This document shows positions 27,692-40,204 of a DNA stretch of 59,813 nt, one piece after another. Where the stretch lies: the NCBI GenBank assembly GCA_000320545.1, contig ADNK01000441.1, positions 1 to 59,813 on the forward strand, in the 5' to 3' direction. This stretch comes from Bigelowiella natans CCMP2755 (lineage: Eukaryota > Protista > Cercozoa). Every line of letters begins with the position of its first letter. Positions within the stretch are counted from its first letter, which is position 1. The notes under the pieces were generated by a model. The model saw only the letters and a program-made list of their open reading frames with translations, searched no databases and was not told where the DNA came from. The translations under genes were made by a program, and so were the position numbers.

Positions 27692-28572
27692 ATGGCCAGC
27701 CTTTTCGGGGGTAAAAAGAAGAAGAAGAAGAGCTTCCCCATCTTCAACCCACGCCTGGGGAAGGCCGTAAACGATATTGGGTTGCTCAATGACTTTGTCC
27801 GCATTCAAATTGATAAATGGAAGCTTCAACATGCCTCAGTGGAGCAGGATATCGCCACGAGTTCCTCCTTAACGGTCACTATGACCACTTTTGCTCGAAG
27901 TATGGAAATGGTTGTCAAGGCACAGATTCAATAATTTGTCAGTGCAATATGTTTCTCACGATATATTACTGCTACTACTACCAGGTTGGGAACCAACACC
28001 TGCAGCAGTTTAAGGACGTGCAGAAATCTGCAATTGATAACAAAAGGACAAAGTTAAAGATAGTCATAGCCGCAATTTCGGTACTTGTTTCGTAGAAATA
28101 CAAAGACATCAAATTGTACTAGTATATACAATTTAGTATTTATATATTATATCATACAATAACATACAAATTAGAATTATGTGTACGTGTGTGTGTATGT
28201 GTGTGAATTATTAGGACTTGACACGAATTTTGAGTGTTGACATTGAACCACTGGAATCCCTGGTGGAGGACCTGAAAATAGCTAATGAGAAACGCGACAA
28301 GATGGCTCTTAAAAGGAAGGTTAATTTACCCAAACTGGAGTTGGTTACAAATGAAATTAATTCACTCGAGAAGAAGGTGTTTCGAGGTATCCGAACATGT
28401 AAGAAAAAGCTCTTGAAGACTGTCCTTCATTATATTCAGAGGTCTTGTATGCATTTATACTGCAGTTACTTACCGTTGTGAGGTTTCGTCGACTTTGAAA
28501 TACACACAAGCCCAAACACTCTCTCAAATATACGACAATAATATAGAGTATTAATATGGCTTTTCTCGTATT

Positions 28573-28611
<39 letters not shown>

Positions 28612-31104
28612 TTGCATATAATGTGAAAAAGATTCTCAAAGAACGGCATGAAGGTAAGTAAAGGAGAAGAACAAGGTTTCTCTCTTTCACCTGCCTCACA
28701 GAAAAGATCAAAGGCTGCTGAAATCAAGTCCTCTACTCCTCTATGTCATCGTCCCCCCTCTCCTGCTCCTCCTCCACCCCCTCGCAAGGCAGGAACGAAA
28801 CGAGACTTTAATCAAGAGGATGGAGATGACGATGACGAAAGCAGTGCTGTGCCAAATTTCTACGAGCCCCCCCCTCCAAAGCGCTACGCCGGTGAGGGTA
28901 TTGTACTTAAGCTAGAAAAGGTTGCCTATAAGTGTGCGCGCAAGACCACGTTGGGCTGCCTCTACGCGACCAACTTCCGAGCAATATTCCTACCATACAT
29001 CCATCAATCTTACGAGGGGAAATCCTCCAAATGCCCCTGGTACTCTGTCCCGCATGCCTCCCCCTCCGCCTCCTCCCCCACCTCTACGGGAAGTGGGGAC
29101 GGTAACGGGATGCTCAGTGGGATAGAAGACTACTACGCGCAGTCTGCTAATCTCTCGTGGTTCGAAGTGGCGTGGATCTGCGTGGTGAAGTTTGATAAGA
29201 CGGCTGGGGGGCGACTGCTGCTATGGTCCTGCGACATGGTCTCCTACAAGCTCGACTTTACGCACAGTGCGCTCGACACGCAGAGTGCGATGAAACAGTT
29301 AGAACCGCTGCTCAGATCTGGTAGTGGTCGCCAGGGGGGGGGCGAGAGGGAGCTCGGCCTGCAGTCCTACTTTGCTTTCTGGCACCAGAAAAAGGCTGCT
29401 GAAATCGGCCCCGAGGCATGGTTCGACTGGGCTGCTGAGTATGTGATGATGACCAAGAACGCATGCGATTACAAGGGCAATCCTCATTGCTATGTGTGCC
29501 TGCTGCTACTGCTGCTGCCTCGTACGACGAACGAATCATCGGTGTATATCGTGTTGTTGTCGCGTTGTTGATATTGCTGTTGTTTTTGGCAGGTATAAGC
29601 GGCTTGGAATCCCCGACGGGAAGACGTGGGTGATCTACCGTAACGCAGGCTTCCAAGTCTCGCCGACGTACCCAGAATTGCTCGTCGTGCCTATGCACAT
29701 GTACTCTCATCAGATAGCCCGTGTCGCGCAGTTTCGGTCCAAGCTTCGCTTCCCTGTGCTGACCTGGAGAATCTCGAAGCAGAGCCTGCGGAAGCTCACC
29801 CGGCGGATTTGGATCAACAGAAGTGCGGTGAGGAAGGAAGACTACAGATCATCACTGAATAAGAAGAAGAAGAAGAAGAAGAACACGATGACCAAGAAGA
29901 ATAGAAATATAAAAAGGCAGCAGCAGGAGCAGGAGCAGGCAACGTCGTCATCGTTCGCCTACCCTGACCGCACGCCGTGCCTGCTGCGATGCGCACAACC
30001 ACATTCTGGTCTTACGAAGCGCTGCGAACTGGAAGAGAACATGCTTGTGTGGATCGGTCAGCACACCTGTCCTCACTCCAAGGCTAAGAATATGGTGAGA
30101 AACCGCATTGTAGCACTATCGTCGTAGTCGTCGTCGTCGTCGTCGTCGCGAAGGAAGAGGAAGGAGACGAAAAGGAAGAATATGTATAGTTTAGAAGAAA
30201 GGAAAGGAGAGAAGGAATTAGTAGCAGTAGCCTTGAGCAGCATTTTAACATTTATCAATGAGCTTCTACGAAACATCGCTTCGATTGTGGGCTAACGCTG
30301 CTATCACCTTCTGTCACCGTAATTCTCCTCCCTCCTCCTCCTCCTCCTCCTCCTTCTCCTCCTCATCGTCATCATTATCATAACACTTTTGTCTGCTCTT
30401 CTAACCTCCACCGGTTGACGGACGAAAACATCAAACACACACAGGTCATCCTTGATTGCCGACCCAAGCTGAACGCGATGGCCAACATATGCAAGGGGGG
30501 GGGGTGGGAGAGCACAGACAACTACAAGTCAACGGTCGAGTTTCTCAACATCGCGAATATTCACGCCGTGCGAGACAGCTTTACAGGGCTTCGCGGCCTC
30601 TTCTATAAACTCAAGCCGATCCGAAACCACAACGATCATAACAATCATTCTTTACACCATCATCATCACTATCGTGCATCCGCTGCTGCTGCTGAGGACG
30701 TGAGCATAGCTTTGGTGAAAACGGTTGCAGGAGGCGACCCTGCTGCTGCTGCTGCTGTGGCTGCGAGAATTCAACGGTAAAAACACATGCTTATCATTCT
30801 GTACTACTACCAACGAAGGGTGACGAGTTGGACCTTATCTGTTGTGAGAATAGCGATTCATATCACTATCATCCGTATAATCTTTATCACCATCATCATC
30901 ATCATCTTCATCATTGTCATCACGTCAGATATCGACCTATCTTGAAGGCGCTCCGGAAAGGAAAAGAGTCGTGGTTTGACCACCTTGCAACCATCATTGA
31001 TGGAGCAAACCGAATCGTCGATATGATGACTGTGGAAAACGTCTCCGTCTTGGTCCACTGCAGGTTCTTTGATGACATATTTTATATCTTGCTTCTCGGC
31101 TGTA

Positions 31105-31137
<33 letters not shown>

Positions 31138-32546
31138 GTTGAGAAAGCAATCCTCAAGGTGTGCACAAATCGAAGTATTCTGTGTCAGTATGAGACGCTG
31201 CCTATATTGATATAATGCTTTGCCTGTATTCTTACTGCTACTACTACTACAACTGCCATTGTTATTGCTCCATCACCTTCAATTTTAAATGCCGTTCGTT
31301 TCACCGTTCGTTTCACCGTGTCAATAAATTATGCATATGCTGTTGAACGGAATATACGCAAGCGATGGATGGGATCGCACATCTCAAGTAGCTGCTCTGG
31401 CACAGCTTCAGGTTATCGATGTCTAGGACACTATCATCCTGCTCTGCTTCCTCCTCCTCCTCCTCCTCCTCCTCCTCCTCCTTATCTTCTTCATCTTCAC
31501 ATGGTCAGATGGACCCCCATTACCGGACGATGCTAGGCTTCAGCAAATTGATAGAGAAGGACTGGATAGGGTTTGGCCACATGTTCGGCCTTCGCAACGG
31601 CCACGGAAAGTCGCGGTCCAACCCCAGGGATAAGAACCGCTCGCCGATATTCCTGCAGTGGCTCGACGCCGTCTCACAGCTCGTTGGCCAATTCCCTGAC
31701 CATTTCGAGTTCAATGCTGAATTTCTAGCGCGCATCGCCGAGTGCGCGTACTCGTGCCTTTACGGCAACTTCCTCTTCGATTGCGAGCGCGAGAGGCAGA
31801 AACACTTCGTCCGGGCGGGCACTCGGTCGATGTGGAGCACGCTGCTTCTAAACGACAAGTACCGCAACAAGTCGTACGTCGGGGAAGAGAAGGACCGCGA
31901 AGTTGTTCTAGTTCCGTCCTCTCGCAAGACAGCGTTTCGTCTATTCCTCGCCTTCTACGCTCGCTGGGATGAATCACAACCCCGCAGCCCCCTTGCGATT
32001 GGCGACGACAAGTCGCAGCCAGTCCTGCATCACTGGAGAAGCGATGAACTGCTGAAAGGCTATCTCCTTGACGACGAAGAAGACGAAGAGGATGAGGAGG
32101 AGGACGAGGAGGAGAAGGAAATTATCGACGATGCACAAATGTCAAAAGAAGAAGCGGTGGCTCTGCGACAGGTGTTTCAGCACGGCCACTCTTACATATC
32201 CCGCAATCACCGTGATGACTACAACGACGATGACTATGAACAAAAGCAGCAGAAGCAACAGCACCACATTGAGGAGGACAAAGAAGAAGACAGTGGGAAC
32301 CCTCACCACAACAAAAAATACGCGGCGGATAATCTCGCACGGGCACTCCTGCTCAATGCAAACAAGAACAAATTTAAACAGCAGCAACAACAGCAGCGGC
32401 GACTACAGCATGGAGCAGTACCCCCCCCGCCCCGACGATCTCCTCGCAAAGACAATCATCATCGAGCACAGCGGCAACAACACTCTCTCACACCACACAG
32501 GCCCCTCAATGGTCTTCAACCGCCCCCCCCACCCCCGACACGGTAG
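27692..32546 (+). CDS. Myotubularin-family phosphoinositide 3-phosphatase with PH-GRAM and an N-terminal helical extension; multi-exon
   Basis: GRAM-like GCLYATNFRAIF; TYPELLVVP; FRSKLRFPVLTW; ILDCRPKLNAMAN; NIHAVRDSF; active site VHCS|DGWDRT intact across an intron; DPHYRT; EKDWIGFGH; SPIFLQWLD; YGNFLFDCE. Confidence 0.92.
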
Positions 32547-32901
32547 GATCAGCGCTCGTAGAAACAAAATTAAGAGAAATCATGGCACACATCGATCGCA
32601 CGTTGCAGTCATCACAATTTTTCTAAAAAACTACGACATCGCTGAAGATCAGCCTAGCAGTGGCGATCATCAAGTGAGTACGCAATGAGAAGCTCAATTT
32701 TTAGCGCTTATCATTGCTTGCGTGCGCTTGCACTACTGCGCCATGCATCTCTGCTGTCGCATTGAACCATGAATTGATCACAGAAACATAGTTAGAAAGA
32801 ACATTGACAGAACACAACTTGTCATCGCAACAACTGATGACATGCTTCTCTCATCTATCTTGCTTACTTGTATGCGTTGTCAAAACTACGACCACTCATC
32901 T

Positions 32902-33468
32902 TCAAAAGATGTGTGGGTGAGTCTGCCCACGAACCTCTCCAGACGGAACGAGATCGGTGTGAATGTTGAGGTATATCCTTCGTCGTAACATAGCCTGCTG
33001 CAGTGTAGCAATGTTGATGATGTCAAATCCGATTGTGTCTCCACATCCAGCAGCAGGATTGATGTCTTCATTCGTGAAAACGCCTTCAAGCTCATTATTC
33101 TCAAACTCTATGTCCGCAGCACCGATGTCAAGTGTTATGGGACCATTGATGCCAGCCTCCCCGCAGTGAAGATGCATTGCAGTGATGTTCCCGTTCAGAT
33201 CCATGGATTCCAACTTCACCCTGATCTGTTTCAAGCCCTCGTCGAAGATGAACTCGCCCCTTACCATCCCTGGGCTCCCATTGTCGGCAACAATGAAGCC
33301 ACCCGCGTCAGAAGAAGCAACCTCCTGAGCGGATGTAGCCACGGTTCCGTGTTCGAATTGACGTGCGAAGGACAACATGCTGTACTGGGCAGCATTGTTG
33401 GCCTCGAGACGGTTCCAGGCAGCGGAGACGAGGGTGGCGGTGAGGGTTAGAGATGCAACGAGCTTCAT
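32902..33468 (-). CDS. Secreted CHRD-domain protein, copy 1 (188 aa, intronless CDS)
   Basis: Signal-peptide-like MKLVASLTLTATLVSA; CHRD motifs MHLHCGEAGINGP and YLNIHT...PSGEVRGQ; near-identical to copy 2. Confidence 0.85.
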   Translation of the reverse strand: MKLVASLTLTATLVSAAWNRLEANNAAQYSMLSFARQFEHGTVATSAQEVASSDAGGFIVADNGSPGMVRGEFIFDEGLKQIRVKLESMDLNGNITAMHLHCGEAGINGPITLDIGAADIEFENNELEGVFTNEDINPAAGCGDTIGFDIINIATLQQAMLRRRIYLNIHTDLVPSGEVRGQTHPHIF

Positions 33469-34131
33469 CACGTGCAATCTGTTGTAGCAGATAATCAGAG
33501 CAGCACCACACAGCATGTACACACAGACGACGTTTGTTGGCACGATGGTGTACGTACGTGGGAGATCTGTCGAACTGTATGGACGGATGTGGACGTGTTC
33601 CGCTTTGACAGCGCACAATGCAAGGCTATGGAAGCAGTGAGCAGGTACTGCTGGCGGTAATCTCCTCAATTTGGCTCGATTTCACCTCGGAGCAGGCAGC
33701 GCTGTGTGCCCATCAAAGGAAGCGCCCGACCACTGCCGTCGAACACCAACGCGTTGAAAGACCGTTTTTTAATTGGAAGCATTTCCGACTAATCCCGCCT
33801 GCGAATTTGCCGCTGCGACAGGGATGAAATGCGTCATTTCTGATAATTTCGTTCCCTCTCGGCGGATACCCCTCTGCGAGCGAGCTGCAGTGTACACTTC
33901 TTGCCTGACGGCCATCAGCTCTGCTGCTGATTGATCGCATCGATCTTTGCCGATTTTCGCCCAGGCACCCGGCCAGGGTCGACCTCTAAAGCCTCAAGGA
34001 TAGGCGTCTGCTGTCCTGAACGCCGATTCCGGGAAGGGGGGAGGACTGGGGACGGGGTGGAGGGTGGTGGTGGGAGGAATGCTGGTGGGATCCGAGTCTC
34101 TACATCTGTCGCGATTGCTACAGTCATAGGA

Positions 34132-34485
34132 ATGGTAACAATGCTGCTATGGCATCGAAGGCAGGGTGAGTTTCGTGGAATTATCCGAGAGAACTAACCA
34201 TCCCTGGGTCCTGAATTAATTGGATTCATCACTGAAAGGGCAAAGGATTGAGCCGCAGCTGGGGTGTATCTCTCTCAAGGCATCAAGAGCCGACGGTATG
34301 TAACTAAGATAATCCCCCCCCTCCATGTGCTGAAGGTTAAGATTGACCGAAACTACATCTAGGATTCTATATGCCGCACGATTACAGTGGGAGAACCAAC
34401 AAGAGGCAATATTTCAAGGAAACAGGTCTGATTGTGAAGCCGTTATTTGTTCATGCAGTTTCAGCGGTTATGCAGCAGTGTCTGA

Positions 34486-34521
<36 letters not shown>

Positions 34522-36815
34522 GGAGTATAAGTTATCGTACTTTTCCAATCTTCTCCACTATATTATCTTTCCTAACCATTATCTCCTCTCCTCTTCTTCA
34601 TCACTTCCTCCTCCGCAGGACAATGGCACTATGCACATGGGATCAATAAATATCAGAGGCGGGTCGGCCCGTGCACAAAATTCCACACACTCATTCACTC
34701 ACAGCTAAATAACCTTCTCCCCCCCCCTTCTCTTCTATATGTATGCGAATATCATGTGTGTATGTGTGTGTGTTTGGCAACGGGCAGAAAGTTATTCGAT
34801 TCGAGATGCCCTTCAACGTCATGTAAGCTTTGCATTAAATCTGTTCTTCAATATCTCCCTCGCTGAACCATACATGCTACATATGCACGCAGATGCCTCG
34901 GCTGTGAAGAGAAGTTTGGCATTCCCCGGAAAATAGCTAAGGGGGTAAGTTTAAAACAAAATTGCGAGCGCGCATCCATAACAGAACCAGCTATTCAAAC
35001 CAACACGCCACATTCGGTGTTTAACACAATTTGCCTTGCAGCAAAATAACAACTGTGGTCCCTTCGTCACAGCGCCTTGTTTGTTTTGTGTCTGATGGAT
35101 ACTAACTCAAAGGTTCGGTTTGACGCCAAGAAGCGCTTCTACGGGTTTTATCATCACCCCCACAGTTCTCATCCGTCCCTCCCCCAAAATGATACGTCGC
35201 GAGAGCAGCATTGTTAATCTGATAGCTCTCTCCTTTTTCTTTCTTCCTCTTTTCCCTTCTTCATCCCCTCTATCGATCATTGGTTTGTTGGCGTGCCACG
35301 TTGGCGTTTCAACAGACAATATTTTCGGACAAAAATCTACGAATTTATCATGGTGTGCTCCGCGTGCAAGCAGCAGCTTCGAGTGAGGACGAATCCCCGA
35401 GACTGTACGTGACGATAAATGGGCGATATTAGATCTCCTGTGAGGCATACATGTATGATGCTGAACACCGTGTAAGAGGGATGAGAGGATTCCAGGACGA
35501 TAGCAAATGTGAATAAAGTTTGGTGTCTCCTGCTACGTCTCATCCCCTCCGAATAATAATCACCAAAGGGCATTTATAGCTCTCCGTATGCACTTGTTAC
35601 GATTTGCTTTCCTTGTTGCATTTGTCATCGTCGTTGTATTATGTGCGGGTCATGTCGAGCGACCTCCATACAGGAATAAGTACCCATTCTCCGCCCATTG
35701 CTCATATCAGTGTACACAGCTGCGTGCATCTGCGAGTGCGTGAAGATATTGTTTTATTTGCACGTGTAGGCACTTACGATCTCGCTGCAGGACTTCGGAT
35801 GGCTGTTAATAAGCAGAAGGACATGGTTCTTTTTATTATTAGCGCTGCAAAAACATATAGAATGTCAAAGAGATTTTCTTGCCGATGCGTTCCCCCCCCC
35901 CCCCCCCCCCCCCCCTCTCTCTCTCTCTCTCTTTCTCTCTCTTTCCCTCTCACTTTCAGACACTCTCTTCTTTCCTCGCCAAGAGTATGTTTGATCTCTT
36001 TGTGATCGGTGTTGTGTCTGTTCCAACCTACAGGACCTGAGAGAAATGGAGCAAGATAGGCAGGTCGACAATTAGAAAGATCAAAGTGGCAAGCGTTACT
36101 GATGATGATGAGAACAATGAAATTAGGAGTTGTAACCTACTTACAACACCACCACCAGCAACAACTACAACTTCTACAACTACTTCTACTACTACTACTA
36201 CTACTTTATAGCTGCTAGTTTCTTGTTTTAAAAATGATTTTCTGTCATCACAGAAAGCACGAAGCAACCCTTTCTTGCAAATTGAAACCGAAAAAGCGAA
36301 TCTAAAAAGGAGTAAGAATGTGGATCAATTCGGAGCTTTCACCAAGCCGGTTTCTAAAGTAGCATAGCAGCAGCTGAGACGCTAACAGACAGCGGACAAA
36401 TACTACCACCAGTAGCAAATTATCATTTTCGTCAGCTTGCCCTGTGTTGTATCTTTGGTTCAACATTTCTTCTACGACGATATATAGATATTTAAGTGGG
36501 TTACGTGCATCTTCCTTGAGTATGCATGCATACATTCGTACTACGTCGTAATGCCAAGTCTTAATCGCACCAAAGTATAGTTCAGTTTATCTCCCTCCAC
36601 TTATTCCTCCTGAGTGCTCCCTCTACTTCTCCCCTCTGCTACGATGATGACATTATACAGATATCGAAATCGGAGATCAACGACCTTATTACGGTACGAA
36701 CCGCCAACATATCATATATAGGCACGTCAGCCTCTAACCCATCGCAACGTCCCCCTACAAATATCTATTTATCGTGCTACTTGGGTGTTTCTCCTTGTCG
36801 CAGGATGAAGCATAA
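34132..36815 (+). CDS. YJU2B: YJU2B/CCDC130 (Saf4/Yju2/CWC16 family) splicing factor; many short exons, start and end approximate
   Basis: Exon chain SLKASRADG|FYMPHDY...|KVIRFEMPFNVI|CLGCEE...IAKG|VRFDAKKRFYG|QYFRTKIYEFIMVCSACKQQLRVRTNPRDC|TYDL...NPFLQIE matches the family pattern (RADxFY, IRFEMPFN, CxxC, KGVRF, CxxC). Confidence 0.8.
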
Positions 36816-37320
36816 GAAAGTATTCTTGCCATCCTTCTAATCAGAATCTTATTGATGTAGCCACGTTTTGACAGCATGTTCCTGCGATATCATTTACATC
36901 ATGCTGGTTTTCATTATGTATTCGACATTCTTTCTTAGTACCGCTCAAAGGTACTGGGCCCAAGAAGGGAGGGGCTCCGCGAGGTTAAGAGAATATTTAG
37001 GTGAGCGCTGTTTCAATATCGATGGAAATAAAAGGGGAGAAAGAGTAGGAGAAGACGGAGAGAGGGGCAATTGTAGCGATGTCTTTGTGTGTGGTATGTG
37101 TTTTAAAATCAGTTTGCTTGTTGATTTCAGAGACAGACGGAATGCTCTAAGAGAAGCATATCGATCGGATTGAACTCAGTCTGGTCGCTTTCGAAGCCAC
37201 AACGTCGATCGCTACTAGAGCTTCTTGAGTTGCTACGCGTGTCTGGCAACATATTTAGACATCACACACGTTTTCATTGCAGACAAATCTAGAAATGCAT
37301 GCTACATCCAGGTCGTTATC

Positions 37321-38055
37321 CGCTTTGCACATGTGATCGATCGGGCGTGGTCACATTGAGCCATATGCATGATGCGATGTGTGCGGCTGCGCATGCGCTG
37401 GGGCACATTCTGACGACAAGCAAGCGTGCTGATGCCAACAAGCTTGAATGGAATGAGCTTGTGCGTGGCCTCACATACACATCACGATGTGTGCAACCGT
37501 TGACGGTGGTGTGACATTGCACTCACACGCATGCAACACGCACCGCTAGACCGGCTGGAACCGGCCATGCGTGACACAAACACAAACTTTGTTGTGAGAT
37601 GCATCCACACGATGATCGATTGTTGATCGATGTGTTGAACGTTGCCAACACCGCAGCACCTGCGCCTCCAGGGTGTCCAATGTGTCAATGATTTTGTCTC
37701 GTCAGCCGTGAGCATTCACACGTTCGGTCGCTGTGTGTGCAAGTGTGCAAAGAGACCAGCTCAAGTCAACTTTTTGCACACGGTTGGCTGGCGCTCTCAC
37801 GTGCAAGCTCCTTGCAGTTGCCGCCCGCCCTGAATCGAAGGAAAGTGCCAGTCACACCCCAATGCGAGGAACAATGGGAACCATGCGCACAAGGTGCAAC
37901 AATGTTTGTTCAACCCGAGAGAGTCACTGGAAACCACACGCAACAAAAAAATGGTCACCCGCGAATGCAATCGGAAATGCTTCGAACTGAAAAACCGCAA
38001 TGTTTCGTCGCATTGGTGTTTCCAAATGCAGTGTTTTGTGCAAAGAATCGAAAAT
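37321..38055. other. TpA-depleted, CA/TG-rich decayed sequence (probable relic repeat)
   Basis: Only 3 TpA in 735 nt (37364, 37476, 37547), none in 37549-38055; CpG abundant; no recognisable protein. Confidence 0.7.
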
Positions 38056-38511
38056 TATGAGCACCAAGGAATTCTAGAGTACGACAAACACCGAAGATTT
38101 TTAGTCTGAATATCGGTTTGAGGCATGGCGCAGTGCACCAAATCACGAGCGTTTGCACCTTCGTCAGAATCCCAAGATCTGGCGCTATTTTGAGTAAACT
38201 TGAGTAGACTGCAGAGATAACTGCACACATCTACACGCTGCGACAAATTATCTTCAATGTCGCAGGGGCAAACGAGACCAATTTCTCATGATCTTTCCGC
38301 ATTTCACATCAACACTGTCACCGATGATCGAACAGTGACAAATAAATCACATTCCTGAGGGAGGCTATCGCACATTTCGACCGGCCCAGATCTCTCGCGT
38401 ACGTCCATCGTGTCAACGTCGTCTGTGTGTGATGCATAGTGCCACTCTGTCCTCGAGTTCCCCTCGTTCCAAATGAATGATGAATTATCTGCTGCAACAG
38501 ATTTGCACGTG

Positions 38512-39087
38512 ATGAAGCTCGTTACATCTCTAATCCTCACCGCTACCCTCGTCTCCGCTGCCTGGAACCGTCTCGAGGCCAACAATGCTGCCCAGTACAG
38601 CATGTTGTCCTTCGCACGTCAATTCCAACACGGAACCTTGGCTACATCCGCTCAGGAGATTGCTTCTGCCGACACGGGTGGCTTCATTGTTGCCGACAAT
38701 GGGAGCCCAGGGATGGTAAGGGGCGAGTTCATCTTCGACGAGGGCTTGAAACAGATCAGGGTGAAGTTGGAATCCATGGATCTCATAGGAAATGTCACCA
38801 TGACTCATATCCACTGCGGGGGGCCAGGCATTAACGGTCCTGTAGCACTAGACATCGGTGCTGCCGACATAGAGTTTGAGAATAATGAGCTTGAAGGCGT
38901 TTTCACGAATGAAGACATCAATCCTGCTGCTGGATGTGGAGACACAATCGGATTTGACATCATCAACATTGCTACACTGCAGCAGGCTATGTTACGACGA
39001 AGGATATACCTCAACATTCACACTGATGCCATCCCATCTGGAGAGGTTCGTGGGCAGACTCACCCACAGATCTTTGATGAAGATTGA
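38512..39087 (+). CDS. Secreted CHRD-domain protein, copy 2 (191 aa, intronless CDS)
   Basis: MKLVTSLILTATLVSA signal; THIHCGGPGINGP and YLNIHT...PSGEVRGQ; inverted paralogue of 32902-33468. Confidence 0.85.
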   Translation: MKLVTSLILTATLVSAAWNRLEANNAAQYSMLSFARQFQHGTLATSAQEIASADTGGFIVADNGSPGMVRGEFIFDEGLKQIRVKLESMDLIGNVTMTHIHCGGPGINGPVALDIGAADIEFENNELEGVFTNEDINPAAGCGDTIGFDIINIATLQQAMLRRRIYLNIHTDAIPSGEVRGQTHPQIFDED

Positions 39088-40204
39088 TCGCAATTTTGCA
39101 ACTCGATAATCTCTTTCTGTATAAGTGACCAAGATCGATGGGAAAAGTAAAAACTTGACCGACAAAAATATAGCTGTTGATAACAATGTCTATCTTAATT
39201 ACGTTTCGACTTGCTTATCCATCCAATTTGATGATGAGTTGCAATGGCAATACGGCGGCCTACAGTAATTACTCAACGCATCGTACATACCGTGTCACTG
39301 CATCATGTTTGTGATGCTCATACTGCCTAGCAGTACTATGCTACTTATGATGCTAGACTCGACGTCTGTAAGGTAGACAAAGAGCACTGCTACTACTGAT
39401 GCAATGCGAGGAATTGGAAAACATATTGTATAGCACAACTCAACCATCAGATGTTGATGTTGAACGCAGTGTGGAAAATGTGGACAAGAAGTCAGCTGAA
39501 CAGTGTCGAACTGGGCTGACCATGTGCACACGTGGACACGCGATGTGATGCGTGGATGTGTGTGTGTGTGTGTGAGTGTTTGTATTCACGCATACTAGCA
39601 TATTGTCAACATATACGTATGTAGGCGTCAGAATTTCGCACTTTTCTTAGTAACAATTTTTATTTTAAGGAAGTGATACCAGGTCATTTATGGCCTTAAT
39701 TTGCGAAATCATGCTACAGAAGGTTACTAACAACCTGCACCTAAAATGATAAATGTAATCGCTTGCTAATACCATCTTGCAAAAGCTCATGTATTTTCCA
39801 TAGCAACGCTTATCTTTGTGCATCCATCATGAGAAACAATTGAACTTTGTACCGGAAAAGCAATACTCGTCGTTTATGTGAATATGTATTCTGTGCATGC
39901 AGCATCTGCAGGCACATTGTAAGATTTAGCGTGTCTCGCTTTCCCGTTACTAGAACGACTGGTTACTAATGCTACAGCAACTACTAGAACTATCGGCATT
40001 GACTCCGTAATCCCAGTCATAATTTTATTCCATTGGCCCCTTTTTCCTTCCCCGACTCCTTAAAAGATATATATTATTTAGGCTTTAATATTTTTAGGAT
40101 GAGGGCAAGCCCCTAAAGCATTACTGCCCAAAACTAATGTATTCAAAGACGAATGATCTTTGCTGAACACATTTTTGACGCATTTGATAACAGCACTCGG
40201 TATT

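Noticed and set aside
33469-33669. 67-aa N-terminal extension of CHRD copy 1 in the ORF track
   Set aside because: Not conserved in copy 2. The spacing to the shared ATG differs by 1 nt between copies, and the signal peptide begins at MKLV.
37321-38055. Methyl-CpG decay or fungal-type RIP as the cause of the CA/TG excess
   Set aside because: CpG is plentiful and TpA is lost, the opposite of either expectation.
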